Made by a program: the position numbers and the translations under genes. Below, one piece after another: positions 47,573 to 58,932 of a stretch of 64,000 nucleotides of DNA (positions are counted from its first letter, which is position 1; each line of letters begins with the position of its first letter). The notes under the pieces are model-generated. The model searched no databases and was not told where the DNA came from. It worked only from the letters and a program-made list of their open reading frames with translations. The DNA comes from Tieghemostelium lacteum (taxonomy: Eukaryota), in the NCBI GenBank assembly GCA_001606155.1, contig LODT01000035.1, positions 420,658 to 484,657 on the forward strand, written 5' to 3'.

Positions 47573-50500
47573 TTGAGAATGGAACAACAAACAGCAAATG
47601 ATCTTCAAGATGAATCATGTTCAAAGACATTTGTTATAGAGGAAAAAGAATTAAAAGAGTTGGTTAGAAAGATTACATCTTTAGAGTATAAGAACTCATT
47701 AGAAGAACTTTCAAATTCAACAAGTAGAGTTGTTTACATTATTGAATTGTATTTGGAGCAGTCTAATCTATTAGATTCACATTTGAAAGATATTATTACA
47801 CCTATAATACAATTGATAAAATTAGAGATTAGCAGTGGTGTGTTGACTAAAGAGAATAGAGATACATTGAATAGTTGTTTTAGAATTTTATATACTCTTA
47901 CAAAAGTACGTGGTTTTAAAACAGTAATTAAACTGTTTTCTTATCAGGTTGATGATTTAATACCCGTAATCAATAGACTAGAAGACAGGTACCAACAATG
48001 GATAAAATATACGTTAGAACAAAATGAACAGACATCACAATGTGTAACATGGGAGGAAATATATATACTGGCATTGTGGTTATCAATTCTGGTCATTCTT
48101 CCATTTAAATTCACAACTATAGATCCAAGAACAGATGAAAATAGTATAAGTAACAGAGTGATAAGACTTTGTAAATTAGGTCTATCGGATCCTTCACTGA
48201 TTAGAGACTCTTTCTCAGAGTTGTTATCTAAACTCTTAAGTAGACCCGACCAAAAAGAACAACAACAAAACTTTATAGCATATGCAGTTTCAGAGATGAA
48301 TTTAGTTTTATCAAACTGTAATAACAATTTGGCTGTATCAGCTAGAATTTCACAGTTACTCATTATTGGTATTTTTAAAACACTTGCAAACCTCTTTAAA
48401 ATTGGTAACAAAATGGATTTTACACCATTTAATATTGTGTTGTTTAATGAAATTATTCAGTTGAAGGATTACAATTCCTCAAGTAGTGTTAATAAGAAAC
48501 TTTATGTAAAGTTACTACAAAGAATTGCATTGATAATGCTGCCTTCTATATCATCTACTTGGAGATACCAAAAGTTAATTAAACCTCTGTTATTGTCTTC
48601 TTCTAAACAACTCTATCAACCAAATACAGAATCATCATTACCATTGACTGACTCTGATCCATCTACTTCAATACCAGTAGAAATTGATGTAATTATAGAG
48701 ATTGTATTGACAGAACTAAAGAATAAGGATACTATAGTTAGATGGACTTGTTCCAAAGGTATTGGTAGAATTGTAAACTATCTACCAAAAGAAATGGGTG
48801 ACCAAGTTATTGACTATATATTAGAAATGTTTGAAGGCAATGAGAATCTAGATGCTGATCCATCTAGTTGGCATGGAGGTTGTTTGGCATTGGCAGAGCT
48901 CTCAAGAAGAGGTTTACTTCTACCTGAAAGACTTGATCAGATTGTAAGTTTGATCAATAGAGCTTTATACTTTGATATCAGTAAAGGAACTTATAGTATC
49001 GGATCTCACGTCCGTGATTCTGCATGTTACCTTGCATGGGCATTAGCAAGAACCTATCACTCTACCATTTTACATAAATACTCTGTAGACGTTGCACAGA
49101 ATCTAGTGGTGGTGTCTCTGTTTGACAGAGAGATAAATTGTAGAAAATCAGCATCAGCAGCATTTCAAGAAACTGTTGGAAGACATCAAGGTAATATTCC
49201 AAATGGTATAGATATAGTTACAATAGCTGATTTCTTCTCAGTTGGAAACAAAAGAAATTCTTTTGTAAATCTTTGTAATGATATATGTCAATTTGAACAT
49301 TATTATCCAACAATGATTGATCATTTATTAAGATTTAAAGTTGTTCATTGGGATCAAGAGATTAGAGAACTTGCATCCAAATCAATGAAAATTCTCACCA
49401 ATCACTACCCAGAACTGATCATTAACCATCATTTAAATGGACTCATTCAACAAGCTGCCAATTCTGATTTGATACCAATTCGACATGGTTCATTATTAGC
49501 CATCATTGAAATTCTTCATAGTATCTATGAATCCTCACAAAGAACAAAATATTTGGAAATGGTTAGTGACCAACAAAGATCTCAAATTCTTTCTATAATA
49601 TGTGCCAGTAAAAATGAAACATTTTACAAAACTAAAGGTTCAGTTATCATTAGAATTGAAATTTGTAAACTCATTCAAATTATATTATTACTAGATTTTA
49701 ATATATCAAATGACCTTCAATCTCCAAATAATAATAATAATAACACAACTAGTAAACAACAAGAACTAAATTCAAAATTACAATCAATTCGATCAAAAAT
49801 GATGCAATCAAAATTAACCAAAACATCTTCTACTCTATCCTCTTCTACCCAAAGTAATAATATTGAAGTAATAATATTAAGTTTACTTTTGGATAATTTA
49901 AAACATCCAAATGAAATAATACAAAGAGAAACTATCAATTCACTTGAAGTTTTATTTAGAGAGTATATGATAAAAGAACAGGAAAAGAGAGAAAAGATAA
50001 TGTCATTGATTAAAGATCATTGCACTAGTATAAAAAAAGATCCAAATAACTATATTAGAAGAGGTTCTGCATTGCTATTAGGTGTAGTTCCATTGAATAT
50101 ATTAGAAATAAGAGATATATCAGCTATATTGGATTCACTGATATTCTCTATATTTCAAGAGACTCCAATTGATTTTAAAGATATTGAAACTAGAGTTAAT
50201 GCAATTCAATCTCTCAAGAATATTGGTAGTTTCTTACTGAGTGTAAATTGTAAGTTCTCCAATGAAGATACTCGATCTATTCTCTATAAGATTTGGGATT
50301 GCCTATTGAAATCCATTGAAGACTATTCAATTGATAAAAGAGGTGATATAGGTTCCTGGGTAAGAGAACTCTCTTGTCAAGTTGTATTCCATCTAGTTGG
50401 TATTATCTCAAATCAACCTGATAGAATATCATTGTTTATTACTGGTGATCTAATGAAACAATACGTATCAAAATTACTGCAATTAGCAGGTGAGAAATTA

Positions 50501-51590
50501 GATAAACTAAGATTAACAGTTTGTAAAATTCTCATCCACCAGTTATGGAAATTTAACGATACTCTAGTCCAACTAATACCCCACCATAATGAATTAAAGT
50601 TAATCTTTAATGAAAAGCCTGAAACAACTTTTAACTGGTCACGTAGTGACGAATGTTTCCCATTACTATGTCAATGTCTACAATTTAACGATTGTTATTT
50701 GTATCCAACTTTATTTGGATTATTTTCTTCTCTAGGTGGACCATCTAAATATCTGGTTTGTATTTTCCAAAATCATAATTTATAATTTCCAATATTAATA
50801 TGAATCTAAATAGGTTGATGACTCAATGAAATCAATTCAGCAATATATAGAATCATCAATGGACCAAAGTAATCAAATTGATCAAATTCTTAGTACCATT
50901 CTGAATTTGTTAAAAAATACAAAGACCTTTAATCCAAATAATTTAAATACTCTAACTATATTTAAATCCATTTCTAAGCTATTATCAACTGGTCAATTTG
51001 ATTCAGTAATTACAAATACTGATAAAAATCAAATAATCGAATCTATTTTGGTACAGTTACAATTGAAAATTCAAAATTCAAATGATATCTATTTATTATT
51101 ATTTTCAATACAATTGTAGGTATATAATTCAATAGATGTAAATAATGATTATAATTTCTAACATTTATAAAGATTTAATTACTTTTTAAAATTTAAAGAT
51201 GTCACCAATATTTATAATATAGTTATCAAGAATCTAATGATTCTATTGATAAATTATAAATTCCCAAAAGTTAGAATATTAGCAATGTCAGAGTTGAAAC
51301 CATTGGATTTAAATATCTCAGATAAAGACAGTTTTATTAAAATTTTAAATCAAACCAATTGGAATGATCCAATTGAGAATATATATTCATCTATTCAGAA
51401 ATTACATGGTGTCTTACAATCTAGTAATTTTAATTTACCACTTTTAAAACCATTACCAACTTCATCAGTAACTCAAAAAACTGCATCTATCAATAACAAT
51501 TTGACAACAAGTAATGAAAATCTAGATGTACAATCTCAAAAAGTAGATGAACAACAACAGCAAAATAATGAAGAAATTATGGAAATTTAA
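47573..51590 (+). CDS. Tubulin-folding cofactor D (TBCD), HEAT-repeat protein. Exons 47573..50755, 50814..51115, 51173..51590.
   Basis: Collinear with human TBCD: LTKVRGFKTVIKLF vs ITKVRGYKTFLRLF; DTIVRWTCSKGIGRI...[23 protein letters not shown] vs DTVVRWSAAKGIGRM...[55 protein letters not shown] vs [38 protein letters not shown] donor at 50756 and an aatAG acceptor ending at 50813 are phase 0. A GTAGGT donor at 51116 and a taaAG acceptor ending at 51172 are phase 2. The tail LINYKFPKVRILAMSE aligns to human LLCHRFPLIRKTTASQ. Confidence 0.9.
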
Positions 51591-51612
51591 GGTTAACCAT
51601 TTCTTTATAAAT

Positions 51613-53436
51613 TTATTGGGTATTACCTGAAACCAAAAAATAAAATGCCAGTGGAATGGACAGAGATTTCTTTAATAGTTGTCCCAAGTAATTGGATTTT
51701 GATTGATTTTCTTGATTGTTTTCATAGTATTCTACTTTAATTTCACCACCTAATTCCACAGAGATTTCAATGGAATGGAATATATTCTCATTGGAATTCA
51801 GGTAGATGATGCTAATGGATTGAGGAGGTTCACTGGTTATTTCAAATATAGTCTGACTGTTTTCAGAGTGATCTTGTAGTGTACTATTAAATTTAAATGG
51901 TTGGAAACAACTCTTAAACAACAATGACCATATTATTTCTTGTCTGAGAATTTGGATTATTGGTAGGATTTCAGAGAGATGATGAATAGGGAATTTCGAT
52001 ACTTGTAAACCTAAATGATATTCACCAGTATAGAAATACTTTTGTCTACTATTATATATTTCAATGTTACATTCTTGTATAGTGTCATTTGATTTACTAT
52101 TAACACATTTTGATAGTATTTGATTCTGAATTGAGAATTTATTACTATATTCAAATAGATCTTTACTATTTTGGTGTTGTTGGAGCTGTTGTTCGTTTTC
52201 ATCCACTGGTGTTTTATTATTAATAGTCTTTATATTGTATAGTGATTTTTTGGTGATAGTTAATGTGTTTTCTAATTTGATGAGAAATTGTATTGGAGGT
52301 TCCACAAAGTTATCCAAGAGGTCTTGATATTTAAATTGTAGATTTTCAATCTCAGTTGGTATCAATGAGATTCTGTTGGGTTTAGAAGATTCTTCAATCT
52401 CTAAAAACATGTTATAGTGGGTGGATTGGTGGTTGAAATAATTGATTTTTATACCACAACAATCTATATTAATTTTACCAAAACTGTAGAGGAATTTATC
52501 CTTTTCATTGTCACTACCTGCTGGATATTGTTGTTGAATCTGGTGTGATAGTAACTTAAAGTCATTCTGAAATGTCAAGAAAGCCTTTTGCAAATCAAAT
52601 TGATTTAACTTTCTAAAGATTAAATCTAAATGACAAATCTTTTTAAGTTTAACAATAAACTCTTTGATGTCACTTTTTAGACTATGAGAAAGTTCTTCGC
52701 TTTGATCTTTCTGAGATTCTTCATCCTCTTGTATAATCTCGCTAGTCTGCATAGAGATGTGAACTAACTTAACCTGTTGAATATCACCATTCCCATAGAC
52801 AAAAATATCCAATAGAAATGTTGAACTTGATATATTACAACTGTACACTGAATCCAATTTAATTTCATTTTCATTCTTTATGGCATTATTCAACTCTTCC
52901 AAATCCGAATAAGTACCATACTTTTGATCCAATTCATAGGTCATCTCTTGAAATTTACTAGCTAACAAACTGAGTTTTCTTCTACCCTCATTTAAAACCA
53001 TATTATTTCTAATGGTATTAGGACTTGGGTTCTGTTGTGATGGTGTCTGTGGTAACATTTCTTTTTCTTTTTGTTTTTGTTTACTAGTCAGAAGATGATC
53101 AAGATAGATCTTACCTACTAGTGAACACTCTGATATCGATTTTGAAAGTACATTATACTTTTGTTGTGTTGCATGATACTGTTTTAGTGTAGTTTGAAAT
53201 CTAGGTAACTCTTTTGAGCCTTCCCATTGTCTATATTGTTGTGCTGTTGATTTCATAGTTTGCAGATGTTTATCAATCTCCATATAAATCTTTTCTAAAT
53301 TATTCTGTGAGTGAAATAGTGATGGATCAAATCCATCTTGTTTACACCCAATAACTCCAATTTCATTAAATAAATTTAAAAATGAACTATTTATATTTTG
53401 TAATTTATTATTTAGTGTTGGGTTTTCTTTTGACAT
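51613..53436 (-). CDS. Conserved hypothetical protein, 607 aa, N-terminal coiled-coil region; family not recognised.
   Basis: Long uninterrupted ORF with non-repetitive composition for most of its length and an ATG at 53436. No motif I can assign with confidence. Confidence 0.55.
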   Translation of the reverse strand: MSKENPTLNNKLQNINSSFLNLFNEIGVIGCKQDGFDPSLFHSQNNLEKIYMEIDKHLQTMKSTAQQYRQWEGSKELPRFQTTLKQYHATQQKYNVLSKSISECSLVGKIYLDHLLTSKQKQKEKEMLPQTPSQQNPSPNTIRNNMVLNEGRRKLSLLASKFQEMTYELDQKYGTYSDLEELNNAIKNENEIKLDSVYSCNISSSTFLLDIFVYGNGDIQQVKLVHISMQTSEIIQEDEESQKDQSEELSHSLKSDIKEFIVKLKKICHLDLIFRKLNQFDLQKAFLTFQNDFKLLSHQIQQQYPAGSDNEKDKFLYSFGKINIDCCGIKINYFNHQSTHYNMFLEIEESSKPNRISLIPTEIENLQFKYQDLLDNFVEPPIQFLIKLENTLTITKKSLYNIKTINNKTPVDENEQQLQQHQNSKDLFEYSNKFSIQNQILSKCVNSKSNDTIQECNIEIYNSRQKYFYTGEYHLGLQVSKFPIHHLSEILPIIQILRQEIIWSLLFKSCFQPFKFNSTLQDHSENSQTIFEITSEPPQSISIIYLNSNENIFHSIEISVELGGEIKVEYYENNQENQSKSNYLGQLLKKSLSIPLAFYFLVSGNTQ

Positions 53437-53674
53437 TTACAAAAATATAATAACAAAAAAAATTTTTATGATCACAGTGGTTTTTATTTGGTGGTCCTAG
53501 AATTGTTAGTATTCAGGATTGAGTATTTGGAAATTATAACGCAAAATATAAAACGAACATTTCAAGATTATTTCTAAGTGAGCTATAATTTAATAAATTA
53601 TGTACACTAAATATCTAAAATTTTTTTTTTTTTTTTTTTTATATTAAATTAAATTGAATTTGATTATTGGTAAA

Positions 53675-55307
53675 ATGACTGATGGAAATAATATAATCGA
53701 TCATCCAAAAGTCAATGGTACTAGTAGTAAAGAATATAAACCAAGAGATATATTCTTTAGAGTAAAAGATAGAGTTAAAAAAGCAACATTTACAGGTAAC
53801 ACTCTAGATGATCTAAAACTATTATTCAAACAAAAATTCCCAGAGTTCCCAAAAGACTCTGAAACACCTTTTCACATTGTAAATAAAACAACTGGTAAAG
53901 AAGAACTGATTACCAATGCTCAGCATATTGTAGAATTTCAAGAGATTCTAGTTAGAAATGAATATGGTATGTTTTTAATCTGTGGATATCAATATATATA
54001 TATATTAACATGTATTATAAACAGATAGTGATATGAAGAATGGTTCAACAGGTTACACAGGACTTGAAAAAGAAAAAGTTGTATTGGTAATGGTAGGATT
54101 ACCAGCTAGAGGTAAAACCTATATTGCCAGAAAGATATGTAGAATGTTAAATTGGATGTTGATACCAAGTAAGGTATTTAATGTTGGTGAATATAGAAGA
54201 TTGAGAATAGGTGCTGGTCAACCACACGATTTCTTTGATCCTAATAATCCAGAGGGTATTAAAGCACGTTTACACATGGCAGTTGCAGCATTGGATGATA
54301 TGATTAGTTGGCTACATAATGGTGGTAGAGTTGGTATCTATGATGCTACAAATTCAAATAGAGAGAGAAGAGCTTTAATTGAAAAGAGATGTACAAGAGA
54401 AAAAATGACTGTAATCTACATTGAATCTATTTGTAATGATCCAGATGTCATTGAATCTAATATCAAAGAGACTAAACTTTTGTCACCGGATTACCAGGGT
54501 GTAGACTCTCAGAAAGCAATTCAAGATTTTAGAGATCGTATAAATCACTATACAGCTGTATACGAGACTGTGGACGGTGCTGATACATCCTATATCAAAC
54601 TCTTTGATGTTGGAAAGAAAATTGAAGTTAATAACATCACTGGTTACATTCCTTCAAGAATTGTATTTTTCCTAATGAATTTACATATTATTCCTCGTCC
54701 AATTTGGTTGACTAGACATGGTGAATCAGAGTTCAATGCACAGGGTAGAATAGGAGGTGATTCTTCGCTAACTGAAAGAGGTGACAATTATGCACATCAA
54801 TTGGCAGTTTGGATCAGTGAATGGTGTAAAAAAGTTAAATTAGAAACTGGTTATGAAGGTGAAGTTGTAGTTTGGACCTCATCTCTAAAGAGAGCTATTA
54901 AAACAGCACAGTATATTTCTCAACCTAAAGTTGTAATGAGAGCTCTAGATGAGATTGATGCTGGTATATGCGATGGTATGACATATGAGGAAATTCAAGA
55001 AAAGATGCCTGATGAAAGGGCTGCTAGAGATTCTGATAAACTTCAATATCGGTATCCTCGTGGTGAATCCTATGAGGATGTAATTCAACGTCTTGAACCT
55101 CTACTTTTGGAATTGGAAAGAACAACTCAACCAGTACTCATTGTCTCACATCAAGCAACTCTTCGTTGTCTCTATTCCTATCTTACTGGTAGAGTTAAAG
55201 AAGAATGTCCATTCTTAAATGTACCTTTACATACTCTAGTTCAACTCACACCCAAAGCCTATGGCTGTGAAGAAAAAACATTTTTAGGTGATAAACAATA
55301 TCATTAA
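53675..55307 (+). CDS. 6-phosphofructo-2-kinase / fructose-2,6-bisphosphatase (PFKFB) with an about 97-aa N-terminal extension. Exons 53675..53966 and 54025..55307.
   Basis: The ORF-track start at 53654 is a TTG; the first ATG is at 53675. A GTATGT donor at 53967 and an aacAG acceptor ending at 54024 (phase 1) join NEYG/DSDMKNGS. The kinase P-loop is VVLVMVGLPARGKTYIARKI. The bisphosphatase domain has IWLTRHGESEFNAQGRIGGDSSLTERG (RHG phosphohistidine motif), a second His in VSHQATLR, and ends ...LGDKQYH. Confidence 0.9.
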
Positions 55308-55453
55308 CTATTATCCAACTACATTCACTCATTCACTCTCTCCTCTTCTTCTCTTCTCCTCTACCTAATATAGGTTTAAAATAATATAAAACAAAATCAT
55401 TTCATTTTGTATTTTTATTTGATGATTTTCAACCACCAACCCTCCACTACCCA

Positions 55454-56063
55454 CTATTTCTCTTTATCAGACTCTTTTTCCATTAATTTTTCATTGTGTT
55501 GATCAATTACATATTTTACATCATCAATATTATTATAAAGTGAAAAGAATGCATGATAACCTAGTGAATATATACATAGAGATCCTAATAGAATTGGAAA
55601 TATTTTTTTATGTTTAATACCACTTGCCATAGTTGTACCTGCTAATAATGATGATAATCCACCTGCTGTTAAACTACCAACATTTTCATATTTATTATCA
55701 ATCAGAGCACTAATATGATAATAATAATAATAGTTATACAATGTATAAGTATTTCAATACTCTATTATTCAAACTGTTTGCCTATAATTATAATATATAC
55801 CCAGATAAAAGGAATGTACCTGATGAAATGATTGATATTTTACCAAGAACCTTCTTATTTTTGGCAAAAAAATATAGAGAGGATAGGAAAAAACTTGTAG
55901 ATAATGTATATGATGGTATTGATGAAAATTTTATAGTTGATCCATTTACAATTTTATTTTTAAATATATTTAATTGTCCTAATATATCATTATTTTGTTC
56001 TGCATTATTATTATTATTATTTATAAAAAAACTTGTATTTTTATTATTATTGTTATTAGACAT
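55454..56063 (-). CDS. TMEM14-family small multi-pass membrane protein with poly-Asn N-terminus. Likely exons 56063..55799 and about 55706..55454.
   Basis: ORFs 55788..56063 and 55454..55741 are adjacent on the minus strand. A GTATAT donor follows ...LLS(G) and the attAG acceptor precedes ALIDNKYENVGSLTAGGLSSLLAGTTMA (phase 2). The spliced product ISSGTFLLSG/ALIDNKYENVGSLTAGGLSSLLAG resembles TMEM14 (G..GY.K.GS.PSL.AG..FG). The ORF-track 'M' at 55741 is a TTG. Confidence 0.5.
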
Positions 56064-56137
56064 TTGAGTTTATTGTATTGAAATGAAACTGAGTTGGAAA
56101 TGCAAAAACTGTCGATTTTTCATTTTTTTTTTTTCAA

Positions 56138-56917
56138 ATGTACAGATTCATTATTGGTAATAAATGGAAATTGATTAGTAATCAACAGTTTTGTAATTCT
56201 TTAATTGTAAATAATAGAGCAAATATAGTATATTATTCAACCAGTACCAAAAATGGTAACAATAATGGTAATAATAAAGTAAATAGAAATATATTTGATG
56301 AGGAAGATGATGAAGATGATGAAGATGTAAATGAAGAGGAACGTTTAAAACTTGAGGAGAGAAAGAAATATGTTTTTATAAAACCTAAAAAACTATTTCA
56401 GAGAGAGAAGGTGAAATGGACTGAAAAGGATATTGAATTGATTATTCAAAATGAAAGATCTAAGAAAAAGGAAGAAAAAGTTAGAAATATATTTGAAGAG
56501 GATGATGGTGAAGAAGAGGAAGAAAGAAGAATAAAACAAAATGAACAGAGACTTAAAGATATGGGGTATAATTTAGCAGAGGATATAGGTGAGACTGATG
56601 ATCTTGCTAGCATTAAAAACGATAGAGAATTTGCTAAACTTTTAACAGAACTTTTTAGGAATAAAAGAACTGGTCAAATGGATTTGGATGAAGATGATAT
56701 TAAAGAAATTCAAAGAATGTTATTAAATGACTCTTTAAGTGTAATGTCAACTAGTTTACCTCGTGATCAACCTCCAATTCCTCAAACCCCTGAAATTAAA
56801 GAGGAACCAAAAGATACCAATACAAATCAACAACCACCTAATCCTATTGAAATTAACCAGCCTCAAAATATCAACTCTTTATCTTTTTGGCAGAGAATAA
56901 AGAGTTTATTCAAATGA
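56138..56917 (+). CDS. Hypothetical acidic protein (Glu/Asp/Lys-rich) with a likely mitochondrial presequence.
   Basis: 259-aa ORF from the ATG at 56138. The N-terminus MYRFIIGNKWKLISNQQF is basic/amphipathic and is followed by DEDDEDDED acidic runs. No domain recognised. Confidence 0.5.
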   Translation: MYRFIIGNKWKLISNQQFCNSLIVNNRANIVYYSTSTKNGNNNGNNKVNRNIFDEEDDEDDEDVNEEERLKLEERKKYVFIKPKKLFQREKVKWTEKDIELIIQNERSKKKEEKVRNIFEEDDGEEEEERRIKQNEQRLKDMGYNLAEDIGETDDLASIKNDREFAKLLTELFRNKRTGQMDLDEDDIKEIQRMLLNDSLSVMSTSLPRDQPPIPQTPEIKEEPKDTNTNQQPPNPIEINQPQNINSLSFWQRIKSLFK

Positions 56918-57112
56918 CGAATAAATTTGAAAATATGCAAATTACCCAACATTTTATTATTTTTTTTTTTTTCATTTTCGATCAAATCATTTTTGTAAAT
57001 ATATAAACTCAGTCTTTGACATTAATTTTATCAATTGGGTATGTGTTTAGAATACAATTGGAAGTACTAGTATCTCAATGTGTTAATAGAAATACAATGA
57101 ATTTATAGTAAA

Positions 57113-57397
57113 ATGGTTATTGCAAGAAGACTACAGACTGCCTATGAGGCAAGTTTAAAAATATTTGGATTCAGACCAGAAGGAAGTATAAATTTAGGTT
57201 TAAAATATCTTAGAAAACCATTGATTGGTCAACACCTAGTAAATTATTATCCAAAACCACTCTTATCAAGAGAGATGATTGGTAACTCAGATGAAAAAGG
57301 TTTTATTAAAGAAGAGACTCGTGAAAGAGATTTACAGAGAGGAAAAGTTCAAGTTAAAAAGGGTGCTGGTAAACAAGCACTTAAACGTAAGAAATAA
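57113..57397 (+). CDS. Mitochondrial ribosomal protein mS33 (MRPS33/S27 family).
   Basis: 94 aa. ASLKIFGFRPEG...LRKPLIGQHLVNYYPKP...ERDLQRGKVQVKKGAGKQALKRKK matches the MRPS33 pattern (LSARLFGEV...YPNH...FRDEQLRLKKLRGKGKPRKGEGKRAMKKK). Confidence 0.6.
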   Translation: MVIARRLQTAYEASLKIFGFRPEGSINLGLKYLRKPLIGQHLVNYYPKPLLSREMIGNSDEKGFIKEETRERDLQRGKVQVKKGAGKQALKRKK

Positions 57398-57751
57398 ACA
57401 TAAATTTAGTAGTATAATATCAATAGTCAAAAGAATTACAGGTAATATATATTATGTGGTAAAATATATTTTCTAGAGGATGACAGGTTTTTGTTTTTAA
57501 TATAAACAAAATATAGATATAAAATTGGTAATGAAATGGTTAACAGAATTGTACAATTATTTAATTCATTTAAATAGGGTGTGAGAAAAAAAACATAGAT
57601 TCACATGGTCGAAATAACCCTTTTTTGGTATTTTTTAATTTTAAAAAAACATTATGAGAAATTAAATTCAATTAAATAGGGTTTTTGATCTTATTATAAA
57701 TAGAATAGAAATAAACCAATAGAGAACAAGAAATATAAATAATTTGAAAAT

Positions 57752-58128
57752 ATGAAGGTAACTTGCCCATCAATAGAGAAAACTTATGATATAGAAGTTG
57801 AAGGTGATTTGACATTATTTCAACTAAAAGAAAAGATACAAGAGAAAACAGGTACACCACCAGTTCACCAACTTATACAATTACCTGACAAGAAAACATT
57901 ATCCAAAAAATTCAACAAAAAGAGACTCTCACAATTACATTTAGATAATAATTCAAATGTATGTACAAACCCCTAAACTCTGTCAAAGGATTAATCAAAC
58001 AATACTAACATTATAATTTAAATAAATAGATATTAATGATTTATCAAATGGCAGGTGGATGTGACTGTTGTGGATGTTCATGTGATATTTGTGGATGTGG
58101 AGGTGGTTGTCGTTGTTCCATAATGTAA
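57752..58128 (+). CDS. Ubiquitin-like domain protein with a Cys-rich C-terminal tail ending in a CaaX box (CSIM); MUB/UBL3-like membrane-anchored ubiquitin-fold protein. Exons 57752..57958 and 58030..58128.
   Basis: Exon 1 is a ubiquitin-fold (TYDIEVEGDLTLFQLKEKIQEKTGTPPVHQLIQLPDKKTL; cf. ubiquitin [39 protein letters not shown]). A GTATGT donor at 57959 and an aaatAG acceptor ending at 58029 are phase 0. Exon 2 encodes ILMIYQMAGGCDCCGCSCDICGCGGGCRCSIM and then the stop. Confidence 0.6.
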
Positions 58129-58304
58129 TGGTAATTTATTCTTCAAATAAGAATTTCTATGAAACAATATTATTTAAAATGATTTTATAGAAAAGTTTAA
58201 ATAAATTTTTACTTCTATTACTCATCAACCACCTAAGGTAATAAATATATTATAAAAATAAAAATTTTTTTTTTTATTATTCAAACAACTATTGGGTAGG
58301 ATAA

Positions 58305-58817
58305 ATGAAAAGAGATAATAGAAATATGGATTCAGATTTTAGCAATAGAAAGAAAAACACCAAAAATCTATTTGATGATGACTTTGATTTTGGTTCTAGA
58401 GGTAACAAAGGTATGGGTAACAATATACCCAATAATAATGGATCCTTTGGTAAAGAGCAACTAATGGAACAACAAAACGATAAATACTATGATAATATAA
58501 ACAATAAAATTACAGACTTAAAAAGAGTAACTATACCACTCTACTATAACCAATCTCTAAAGAACTCTTATACTTATATATACACTACAAATCAGATATC
58601 TTTAGATATTGAGTCACAAGTGCAAGAAAGTAATACATTATTAGAACGTATAGAGAGTGAATTACACAGTGCTTCCTCTCTTTTATCAAATACAATGAAA
58701 AAACTAAATGATGTATCAAAAACAGCAACTAGTAGACACATGTTATTCCTGATATTATTTGTAGTATTTATTTTCTTATTTGTATACATGCTAAAAGGAT
58801 GGTCTAGTAAACCTTAA
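58305..58817 (+). CDS. BET1/SFT1-like Qc-SNARE with C-terminal TM anchor; contains a 69-nt in-frame intron (58537..58605).
   Basis: The spliced product KITDLKR/ISLDIESQVQESNTLLERIESELHSASSLLSNTMKKLNDVSKTATSRHMLFLILFVVFIFLFVYML aligns to human BET1 ([74 protein letters not shown]). The 69-nt GTAACT...AG segment interrupts the SNARE heptad register if retained, but has no stop codon. Confidence 0.75.
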   Translation: MKRDNRNMDSDFSNRKKNTKNLFDDDFDFGSRGNKGMGNNIPNNNGSFGKEQLMEQQNDKYYDNINNKITDLKRVTIPLYYNQSLKNSYTYIYTTNQISLDIESQVQESNTLLERIESELHSASSLLSNTMKKLNDVSKTATSRHMLFLILFVVFIFLFVYMLKGWSSKP

Positions 58818-58932
58818 ATTACCTATTTAATAATAATAATAACAAATCAATGATAATATAGAAGATAACAAAAAGAGACTTACCTAATGTATAGATAGAG
58901 ATAGTATTACCCCAACCACAACTTACATTTTA

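Noticed and set aside
51613-53436. Assigning the 607-aa minus-strand protein to Mediator Med1 or to a CCDC22/CCDC93 Commander subunit (tempting because a COMMD gene is nearby)
   Set aside because: I could not align it convincingly to either family from memory, so I left it as a conserved hypothetical protein. A profile search is needed.
53654-53674. ORF-track start codons that are TTG rather than ATG (53654, 37201, 16947, 904, 55741, 34917)
   Set aside because: The track labels alternative initiators as M. For a eukaryotic nuclear genome I used the first ATG or the splice-acceptor-defined exon start instead.
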